Of a stretch of DNA of 64,000 nt, positions 51,801-62,172 are shown piece by piece. The stretch lies in the NCBI GenBank assembly GCA_051362555.1, contig CM120648.1, positions 2,705,721 to 2,769,720 of the forward strand, read 5' to 3'. The notes below the pieces were generated by a model, which saw only the letters and a program-made list of their open reading frames with translations, was not told where the DNA came from and did not search any database. Position numbers and translations under genes: made by a program. This stretch comes from Lingula anatina. Its lineage: Eukaryota > Animalia > Brachiopoda. Within the stretch, counting starts at the first letter, position 1, and each line of letters opens with the position of its first letter.

Positions 51801-54240
51801 GTCCGCAGAGGGAATCGTGCCCTTCAATTTTAATTTATTTTGCATCGGGTTGGGTTCCTATCTTCGGGGGGATAAGCACCAGTGTGCTCTTTACAGAGCG
51901 TGCACTTGTAAGGAAATGAGTCCCGTTTCTATACACGCTGTCTCTTTCTCTGCTACCCGGCAAACAGATATCAACATATAAACCACTACACCTTGTGCAC
52001 GATTTCAATTACGTGCTCGTGGAGAAAAAAAAATCATAATTTGATACAAGCTGTATCTCATACTTACATGACATAAACAACCGAACTGGGACTTAAATTG
52101 AGAATTGAACATTGGCAAAATCAAGCCCAAGGATCACAAACAAATTTCCCAGTTAATTATATATAAACTAAGTGGTGAAGTATGCTACCACATAAGCTCT
52201 CTGTACTTCCACCACGTTGTTTGACCCCGCGCGCTATCTATTTACACTAGCAAAGAAAACAGCCAGATTCCTGATACAAACTATGCCAAAGTCCTATTAA
52301 ACCGATATAAACAAATTAGAAGAAGTGCCAAAAGCTGAAACAGTTTACAGAGCTGTCGCATTCAGTAGAGATCTCCTCTAAGCAGTTCACGTTACAGGTG
52401 TATACTTCGATTAACCCCGGCTTTGAAATTAAACGTATCATTAATCCCGTGACATTCACACGCCTATAATTACATGCCTAATAATACCAATTCCCTCAAC
52501 ACGACGTCGTATCGTACACCGCACTCTCTTAGCAGACACATAGCGGGAATTCTCACTTTTTTGTCCTCGTTTTTATAGTTATTTTAAAATTTACAGCATA
52601 GTGGCTATGAAATAGATGATGTCATTTCTGGCTTGGTCTGATTAGGAAGAAAGGTGCATATCGACACCCTCCTCCAAAGAAAATGTCTACTATACAATAA
52701 AACCTTAACTCTCTTGTGAAATGTTTGACGTTTATATTTAGTGTTGAGTCGCTAGCCTAAGCTGTCTTCGCCTTATTTCGAACTATGGAAATTGTTACGC
52801 AAGATATTTCCCTGTAATTTTTAATTGAACGCTACATGTACAGTTCCAAGATATATAACTCGTATTAATTTATGTACATGAAACAGTACATTTTTAGGAA
52901 AATTTCAACCGATTTCGTCCGTTAAAAAAAGGCCTCCGGCGTTACGTTAAGTTTTGCTCTCCTAGGTCATTGTTATCATGAAAAAAAGAAGAAAAAAAAA
53001 AGAAAAGAAAGAAAAAAGAGACCCGCATTCCCTATAAAATAACACTTAATTTATATATTTTAAACAGTACGTTATCTCCGTTTTTTGGTCTAAACCTATT
53101 GGTTATTCAACTGAAAAAGGTACTTTTTTGTGAAAGTTAGTAAATGAGCGCTTACTCATTTTTATTATTTAAGCAAAGTTTATCCACTGTGTAGAATTGA
53201 AGTAGATAATCAAATTATGAATAAAATTGTTAAATGAATAAATAAATAAATTACTGAAAACTACACAAGTAAATAAATGTGTTTAACGAACCTTTCACAG
53301 CTGTTTGCACCTCGTTATAAAATGTATCCTTAAGCATGTACCGTGGTGACTCAAATAAAGTGCTGAATATCAGAATATTAATTTAGGAATAAATTCACTG
53401 ACAACTTTCTAAGAAGAGAGAGTTTAAGATGTATTAGATGTTTGTAAAGTTATCTATCTTTTATATATCAAATTGATTTTTTTGTATAAATAAAAAGACA
53501 AAAAATATTTCGTCTATGAGATATTATATTTCTTACCCACATAATATAAGGCGTTCGGTAAGATATTTATCTTAGACATTCAAGTAATCTGTGATCGATA
53601 CATTTTAAAAGCTGCTACAATGAAACAATAAACAATAACAACAAAAATAATACATACAGAGATAAGGCAATATTTAAATGCCCGTTCCAATATCGCGCCA
53701 TAATATTTCTGTAACGCTAATGGGGCTTTAATTTTTATTGAATTTTATGCATGAAATAATTTAGTTTTTTTACCCGTCGCACAGTTTCTGTTAAATCATT
53801 GCTTGTTCAATCTGTATGTGTTGCATTTGAAATGTACCATTTAAAAACGAGCCTGCCAATCATATGGTCGAACACCTCATTAACGGCACAACAACACGAG
53901 GATATAACGAGATGTAAAACTACAACACTACTTGAATAATTCACACATTTCTGTTTACTTGGCATCGTTGAACAACAGCTCATAGAATAACATGTAGTAG
54001 TAAAGTATTTAAAAAATCAGCGCGTAACATTACTGAGTTGATCAAAATTATAACTGCGGCACCTACTTACCGGTTCAACAGTAAAACAAATGTCTTAAGC
54101 AAATATAGTAAAATTGGAGATAAAATGTATTAATAAAAAAATCAAAATAGAAGAAAATGAAAGAAGCGCTCGGGCTTACCTTCTATTGGGAATCCTGGAA
54201 TAAACGGGGAGATTCCCAGCGGAAAGATAGGACTCAACAT
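39540..54240 (-). CDS. Pax3/7: Paired box protein Pax3/7 (paired domain, S50 homeodomain, C-terminal OAR motif), 9 exons, 431 aa
   Basis: Exons 54240-54180 ([20 protein letters not shown], cf. vertebrate GFPLE), 47141-46976 ([23 protein letters not shown]), 46356-46219 ([18 protein letters not shown]), 45640-45447, 41320-41139 ([12 protein letters not shown]...[12 protein letters not shown]), 40934-40775 ([12 protein letters not shown]), 40344-40247, 40063-39916, 39688-39540 ([12 protein letters not shown]). All phases consistent, 1296 nt. Confidence 0.95.
40520..40810 (-). repeat. Degenerate tandem repeat of the Pax3/7 exon-6 3' end plus splice donor
   Basis: About 6 copies of (CT)GACACATGGGGCGGGGCATCTGACAG|GT on the minus strand. 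Confidence 0.85.
45711..45810 (+). repeat. Second copy of the hammerhead-like repeat remnant (Pax3/7 intron 3)
   Basis: GAGGCTATT.ACCT...TGATGAAGATGCTCTG.TAG.CATCGAAATATTGGAGG...TTTCAATATTTA.CTGTTGATT matches 10051-10150. Confidence 0.7.
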
Positions 54241-54544
54241 TTCGCGTCTGCCGTGGTCAAGGTTTGTCTTTATAATTACGTGTGACTTCCTAAGTCGTAT
54301 CCGTACACAGAGGCGAAAAAGGCAGGGGATCGGGAAGATCCTCACCCTCTCTCAGAACGTCTGTTTGGCAGGTTCAAAGAAGTTGAGAAGAAAAAATTAT
54401 GAAAGTTAACCTGTCATTTGTTAAAACGCGAGAGTCAACCTTCACAGCATACGTCGCTGCCGAGTCCAGAGTTGGAAAGAGGGGAAAACGGCCCTCCTCG
54501 CCCTCGAGATGCAATGATCGAAAAAAAAGAAATCGCCACCTATT

Positions 54545-54553
54545 TGATTGGCT
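54545..54553 (-). promoter_or_regulatory. Putative CCAAT box upstream of Pax3/7
   Basis: AGCCAATCA on the minus strand about 310 nt upstream of the Pax3/7 ATG, in a CpG-richer stretch. Confidence 0.35.
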
Positions 54554-57500
54554 CGCACACCTGTGAGTTACAGCAGTACAATAAATCCCCGATCAGCTTT
54601 TTATGAGGCCAGGGTCCCAACTCCGGCCTTCGTCTTTTCACCGCGGGTTCAAATTCCCTCCACAGCGGGAATTCAACCCTGTGTGATAATGCAGTTAATC
54701 GTCAAGGGATCAGAATTTCACGAGCATGTCGCATCGGGCGGCGCCTTTGATCTCTTAGGTGTGCAGTCATTGGTCATCAAGGTCACGTGATTCCATCAAA
54801 CCCGGCATTCAAGCCATGAGGATGACAAAAAAGAAACTTTGATTGTTCGGATTGTTCAGGCTTCTCCTTTTATTTTTTATTTTCTTATTTTGTCAAAGTT
54901 GATGGAACAGTAATGAGCAAAGTAATTTGTAAAATTGTCACAAAGAACGCTCAAAAGATCCCGTTCAGTCTTCATGAAATTAAATGCATGGGATTAGCCA
55001 TACGTTAAATGGGGAATGATGCAGCTTACTATATGAAAGGCGCGTTCACACGGTTCACAAACGAGTTCGATATAGGTACTGTCTGTGGTTGGTGAATCAG
55101 TGGCTGTATCTGGCGACCAACTTTTAGTGATTTCTATGAACTTCAGTTGTCCTCAGAAAACACTATCTCATATGTATTGTTCAATATCTTCTTAGGGGCC
55201 CTCAATGTCTCTGAACAGACAGATCGAATGTGTTTTAGCCATCTGATTACTTTTTTAAACATTTCCTAGATCTACCTGGCTTGTATAGTAGTCCGATTCA
55301 ATACAGTTTTGTTTGCTATCACGAGAATCACCAAAAAACACTGATCTAATGTTACATGATATTAGATTTAACCTTCAGTATCCGAGATCAGAAATCCGTA
55401 CCATACGAGTAGAGCTTAATGCGTAGTATTAGCACTCCTAGGGATCCGGACTTGATCCAGCGTCAGCATAACGGACCCCGTCCCCAAGGTCAATTAACAT
55501 AAGTCAAGACTGATGGTTTGATCACAGTTTGTTAAAATATGTACATAGTTTATTACAGCAGAACTTGACGGAGGCTCTAATACGATCTGAACAGAGGAAT
55601 GTAGACAGAACTCTACATGAATTTATATAAGAACCCGTAGCATTATAAACAGGCAACAGACAAAGGGGGATTGCAATTAACAGACGTTTGAATTCTTGAC
55701 ATCGTGCTGAACTCAATGAAGCCCATGAAATTCATCTTAACTCTGGGAAAAACTGAACAACATCAATCGTGGAGGGAGTGAACGCAACCCTCGGAGCCGA
55801 GAGTCGCAGGCAGTGGTGTAGTTTCACCCCTGATTTCTCCCAATGTAATCTCCACTTATCTCCCCCTCTCCCATATCCATTGTTTGATACCTTCTTAAGT
55901 GGCCCTTAATGAAATGTTTTGTGAAAAGGGACAAAATGCGAGCGATATGATTAAACCCTCGTTTTATACAGTCAGGGCGGCGGTGAATTTTTCAAAGGAC
56001 TAAAAAGGCTGAAATCTATTTCAATGCTCAGTTTTTATTGATAAAAACTCATGAGGGGGCTCCATTGTTGCTGTCGTCTGCTCGGGTTACAGCGGGGAAG
56101 CTTATTGGGGAATGAGAGAATAAATGAAGGTACACTGAAGAATTTGGCGCAACCTCCTCCCCTCTGTACGTGGGCTGTCTCTGACTTAGGTCCATAAGGT
56201 ATTTTTATTACTAAAGAACGTAAAAATAATAAGCAATTGACTCTAGCCAACGTAACGTCTACATTGTCACTATTATTCTGCTGTGGATAATTAAGTTTTC
56301 TCCTTACTTTCATTTACAAACCTTGTCCTTTATGCATTGTTAAACAATTTAAACAAATCACTAACGGATTTATAAATTAATACTATTTTTGTTCGAGCTG
56401 TAAATGTTATTGTAACTGCAGTCTTAATATCGTCTGGTACCACTAGGTGGCGCATCTAAGACTGACCTGTGACGGTCAGCACGCGTTGAGTTTTACCTCG
56501 TGACCACAGCAACGCGATATTGGGCTCGAACTGAAGTAAGGGACGGACGTACTTTGTCATTTTATGTAGCAAACAATTGTAAAATGACCTTCGATAAGAC
56601 TGCTGTTGTAATAACTTGTAGCTCTCGAGCCGATTACTCGACAAATCGAAAAACTGAAACCAAACGTACGTTAATTTCAATTAGCAGGTGTTATCTATTG
56701 CTTTACGCTGGTGCCCACTTTTATTGTGTACCCAGTCTCAGAAATGGTGATTAGACATTCGCAAAGTGAGCGACCGTTTTAATGGCATCTGTTGTTTATC
56801 TCTAAATATTCTGTTCTGTGTCTGCCATGCATGTTACTGATTGGATAATAAATATCCAGCATATGAGGGGAGGGCCTTCAGGCGCCTGATTTACTGATAT
56901 AAAATCATTTTTTACTTTTCAAAAGTCTTTATATCATGCATATATAATTAGATTTATCCCGTGAATAAAAATAAGTTAACTATCTTTATACAGCAAGTTT
57001 GAAGAGCTTGTTGCGTCAGGTGCTTGTTTGTGCAGGTAGGCCTACGTATCAGTCACCCAACAGGTCTTTATTAGGAATCAGGAAAATATGAGATAATTTT
57101 TTTCTAGATGGGTTTTGGTATTTCTCGTTTACCAGATAAATATTCAATTTTAAATACTGTTTCGTCCTGGCATGTTATGATAGAAAACTCACCGGGGTGG
57201 TAGGTGTGGCAAAAGAAATATTGCTACAGAGAAGCTGCCGAACATCCTCTACAGCATCAGTGTCAATCTAGGTCACGACTTGACCTATATCTCGTTGTCC
57301 AGGTTGGGGCGAGATATCGATATAGTTCACCCTGGTTGATTAGTAAAGATCCTCAATGATTGTCTTTATATAAGTATATTACGTACAAAGGGTAGCGGCA
57401 GCTGAAGGGGAGGGTCGACCTATATACTGCCTAGAGCCACTATGATCACTATTACTTGTAAGTAGGTCCGACTTAATTAACCTAGGTGTAAGAGAAACAC

Positions 57501-57575
57501 GCCAAGCTGTCAGTTGCCTATACTGTGAATGTATAAAAGCGAGCATTAACAAACTAACAACTTAAGAGCACTGCC

Positions 57576-57752
57576 GGTGTGACAGGAATGATAGTCCTAC
57601 ATGTAGGAATGGAAGCCTGGACCCCATATGATTAGTACAGGTTAGGGTTAGTTGGAGTATTGGGGTTAGTATATTGGACGAATGTCACCTAGCTGTACAA
57701 AGTAATAGGGAACAGACTACGATTCCTAGCGGACTTCCATTCCTGTCACAAC
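57576..57752. mobile_element. MITE with TGTGACAGGAATG TIRs and internal GGTTAG repeats
   Basis: TGTGACAGGAATG...CATTCCTGTCACA; internal GGTTAGGGTTAG and GGGGTTAG. Confidence 0.75.
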
Positions 57753-58057
57753 AGTTTGTTCGCACAGTAGGCTATTTATACCCGTGTAGAATAACAGTTG
57801 CTTGATCACAGCCAACTGAAAATAATGGCCTACAATTGTGCACAAAGACTTCCATTTTGCCATATTTATCAAACAGGGCAGATAATATTTAATGCATGTT
57901 TGTTTCTATCATTCCTTTTATTTATTTATTTATTTATTTATTTATTAGGGCGTTGTCGACCTACTGCACACAAGTAGGCCTATATAGGAGTCGTATATAC
58001 GACAGATCTATATGCGACATATATATGTTGTAGACCATGTGTAGGCCTACAGTTGTG

Positions 58058-58058
<1 letters not shown>

Positions 58059-58108
<50 letters not shown>

Positions 58109-58165
58109 TTATTTATTGTCATGTTTACACAGTATACGTAAAAGTAGGCCTATAAATGAAAATTA
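58059..58165 (-). mobile_element. Isolated LINE/SINE 3' tail remnant (TTTCAT...ATGACAATAAA + (TTA)n)
   Basis: Same terminal signature as the Rex1-type element at 35420-35480. Confidence 0.55.
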
Positions 58166-58237
58166 ATATATGATAGGGCCTATATGCTGGTATATAAACT
58201 TTCTACATCACCGTGCATGGTCTTATATGTACAATGT

Positions 58238-61200
58238 ATGCTCTCAGCCTTCCTGCTCTGGGCGGAACACGTGGTCTTTACCCTGGTCATCCTATGGGCA
58301 GTCCAGACAGCGTTCCTACACGGACTCGGTGGACTAGTCGGTCAACTACTTCGGTTTTTGAAACTGACCGTTCCCGGGGTGGATTCACTGATTAAGTCCA
58401 CGCTCCAGAATGAGGTCCAGGGGTTCATTAACCAGGTGAAGAGTGACCCCTCCCGAACCAGCGGGCAGACGCAGGCGGCCGCCAAGAGGATTGTTGTGAT
58501 ACCAAAAACAGGTAGTACATGTACACCTTTTGTTTTTTTAGCAGCAACCAGACGGTTGAATTTTTAAATAAATAAATTTTAGAAATTCTTCGACCACAAA
58601 ATATTTTTTTCCTCTTAGTAAAAAAATGTTCGTCTAAAATTCTGGTTATAACTTTTATAGGCTACCAGTACATGTACTTCTCTAGCAGAACACGTGTCGC
58701 TTCATGTGCAAAGTAAATTAGATACCCAGGTTTCACAGATGTAAATTCACAACCAGCATAGAACTGTTCATATTGGTAATCAGTTGATCTCTGGTCTCCT
58801 CAGGAATTCCGCCAGCTGAACTGTTAAAGGAAATGAACGCCATGAAGGAGCGGGAGGTGGCTGTGATGGAGGAAGGGAAGATCTTCGCCTATGTCTACAC
58901 ACAGGAGAACGACAAGCTGGAGCAAGTGCAGCTCGAGGCTTTCAACCTTTATACTGGTGAGAGCACGGCGAACAGACAGCGCACACATTTTATAAGACAT
59001 GTACATGTAAAAATAGGAAATGTCGCGGTAGACAAATTAGCAAAACTGAGTATTGCCTTCTCGAGTTCAAAATTGATCTCACACGTACTGTGTTAAGCTG
59101 TTAAATGAACATCCCTTACGTTTGTTGGTGTTTTATGTTTCAGAGCAACCCCAGCTCTCTACTCACCACGATAAACTTGTGCTGGAGGCCCACCACGCTT
59201 TCCTACACGAGAACGCGCTCAGTCCCATGGTGTTCCCCAGTCTACGGTAGGCTGACACGTGATAGTCACGTGGAAAGTAACATACATGTATACTTATGGA
59301 AAAGAGCGAAGAAATATCCGACAACTTTTAAATGACTTAACCTTAAAATGGCTAACCTTAAAATGGCTTCCCTCCCTCTCTTATTCGGACGCACAGTGCA
59401 GGTGCTCTACTGTGTATGTACCGGGTACCTACTTTCTTGTAACACAAACTGCATATACATGTACGCTACTGGTTGCAGAAATAACAAATTATAACTCTAG
59501 TTGTTCGTTCAATTTAACAATGCTATAAGAATATTTTGTAAACTATTTTTCATGAAATGAACATTTCTATACCCACCATATGAGTACAAATTGGCAAAAC
59601 TGAAAACATTGAATAGCATTGTGATTAAATTTGTATCATATGAAAAGATTTATTTCCTAACTGTTAAGTATACTTGCTTCTTGAGGTTTAAAAATAAAAA
59701 ACAAATTAAAAAAATTACTTTTTTCAGAAAATTTGAAACTGAAGTGATATCTATGAGCGCCAATATGCTTCACGGGGATGGTCACGTGGTCGGCTCTCTT
59801 ACGTCAGGAGGCACGGAAAGCATTCTTATGGCGGTAAAAACGTACAGGGACAGGGCAAGAAAACTTTTCCCTCACATCAAAGTTCCAAACATGGTAGGTA
59901 AACCGTAGATATATATATATATTGCAGTATAGATTAAAACAAATGTTTTTTTAAGTCAAAATGATATTAACGCTAAGAATCATCCCAGTATCAACACTGT
60001 TTTGCAATAAAATTGTATTAGAAATTAGTGACGTTATAGCCTTACAAGAAATAAAATGAAATTTATAACGTGAAAATAAATAATAAGAAAAGGTAAAATA
60101 TTCATAATACCTTCCCCAGTGTTGACAGCGCTGTTTGATTGCTGCAGGTAGCACCCGTCACTATCCACCCTGCGTTCGTGAAGGCGGCCCATTACTTCGG
60201 TCTAGAGCTGGTCACAGTGGCCGTAGACCAGAGATCTCAGAGACCAGACATGGTGGAGTATGAACAGGTGAGGTCGTTACATCGGTCTGGAGCTGGTCAA
60301 GGTGACCGTGAACCATCGATCTCAGAGACATGAACACGTGAAGACGGTAGTCAGGGGGCGTGGTCTGTCAATTGAGAGAGTATGAGTGTGTGTTTGGGAG
60401 TGGTGAGTGTGCGTGAGTGTGTGATTGTTGGAGTTCCACCAGTAATATCCCTAAATGTGACTGCCCTGGGGTGCTATCGAGAAAATTCTTAGACCTGGTG
60501 ATTCTGATGCACTGGGGCCCAAAATGGATCCCATACTTGTTTACATTCTTAAAAAAAGAAAAGACTTGAAGAGAAAATATAAATTCGTGAACCTTAAGTA
60601 TCCCTGTATTTTAATTGATTTGTTTTTAATAAACAGTAACTTTTAAACATCGGATGTCCTTTTAATACTGCGTATTGGTCTACCACACATTTTACGAAAA
60701 GAACGTTTAAATTACATTGCAATAAATTATTCATATCTTCATTTGGTTGCAGGCCATCACTGCGCAGACGATCCTCCTCCTGGCGTCCGCACCCCAGTAC
60801 TGTCATGGCATCGTGGACCCTATTCCTGCGATCTCTGAGATTGCCGTCAGACGCGGCCTACCTCTACATGTTGACGCTTGTGTTGGTGGTTATATGTTGC
60901 CATGGTAATCTTCATTCCATATTCACTATAGAGTTGGGTTAGGTTTTGTCTCCATGGCACAGCCATTAGAAAGGAGGACAGTTGTACACTGGTGTGAAGA
61001 AACAAAGGGACATTACATTACTGTACAGTATGTTATAGTATTGACTTAACTAGGATCTTCTTTTGGTCGAGTCGTTACACGTACATGTATCTGATTTACC
61101 CGAACTTTTGTAGGCATTCTAGTATTCACTGTTACATGTGTTATGGTGTTTGCGTACATTTTTTTACACGAATATTGCAGGGTAGAAAAATTGGGTTACC

Positions 61201-61374
61201 AGGTCCCAGCGTTCGACTTTCGCTTGCCTGGTGTGACGTCAATGTCAGCTGACCTCCATAAGTATGGGTATACTTTCAAGGTGTGTATAATTGTTGAGTT
61301 AACTCGCGGCCAGTCTGAATATATTCCTGTCCTATTACAGCAAATCTTCAGTCGCTCAACTGGAAGGATGTGGA

Positions 61375-61445
<71 letters not shown>

Positions 61446-62144
61446 AAGTATGTAAAGGGAAATATATAAGGCCCCATTCAGAATAGGGGACTAACTAGTC
61501 CGAGGGCAAAATATGGCCGACCCACTTGAATACTTCCCCACGGGATATCTAATAGACACTGAATAGATATCTCCACGGGATATCTGTTCAGTGTCTATTA
61601 GGATTATACGGCAAGCTTTTTAGTAGGTCGCCATATTTGACCCTTGGACTAGTTAGTCCCCTATTCTGAATGGGACCTTACAGAAGTTGATGGCATCCCG
61701 TGGACCCCCTTAAATCAAGCTAAAACAGCACACTTTTAACTAAATTAGATATTGTATCCACTTCTAGGGCGCCAGCGTGGTGCTGTACCGTAGTGAAGAG
61801 CTGAGGAAATACCAGATCTTCGCGTACTCGGGATGGCCAGGGGGGTTATTTGGGTCGCCGAGCATGGCGGGAAGTCGGCCAGGTAAAGAAGCAGGTGTAA
61901 TGTTTGATGTCTACCGCTTGAAACTGTGTAAATACAATGTAAGGCAGTGAGAGACAGAATGTTGGTTACACTGTTGAAGATAAATGAATTTTAGTGACAT
62001 AACTGCCCTCTATCCACTGTAGGTGGTACCATCGCTGCAGCCTGGGCAGCTATGAGGGTTTTAGGGGAGGACGGGTACACAGATATCGCCCGTCAACTGA
62101 TGAACGCTAGGGACAAAGTTCTGGACGCTGTGCGCAATATTCCT
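58238..62144 (+). CDS. SGPL1: Sphingosine-1-phosphate lyase-like PLP-dependent enzyme (partial; 3' exons beyond the window)
   Basis: Exons 58238-58511, 58804-58956, 59144-59246, 59728-59893, 60148-60267, 60753-60904, 61181-61280, 61768-61882, 62023-62144. N-terminal hydrophobic anchor; motifs [46 protein letters not shown] (PLP Lys), WPGG, GSRPGG. Start codon uncertain. Confidence 0.9.
61377..61443. repeat. (TA)n microsatellite
   Basis: About 33 units. Confidence 0.95.
61470..61677. mobile_element. Fold-back MITE, PIF/Harbinger-like (TAA/TTA flanks)
   Basis: TAA|GGCCCCATTCAGAATAGGGGACTAACTAGTCC ... GGACTAGTTAGTCCCCTATTCTGAATGGGACC|TTA, with an internal palindrome. Confidence 0.85.
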
Positions 62145-62172
62145 GTAAGTAATGAATGGGAAGCGGACCCTC

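Noticed and set aside
57638-57670. Telomere-like TTAGGG sequence
   Set aside because: Only 2-3 imperfect units inside a MITE; not an interstitial telomere array.
54240-58238. Parallel with vertebrate PAX3 lying next to SGPP2 (S1P phosphatase)
   Set aside because: S1P lyase and S1P phosphatase are unrelated families, so this is not conserved synteny; most likely coincidence.
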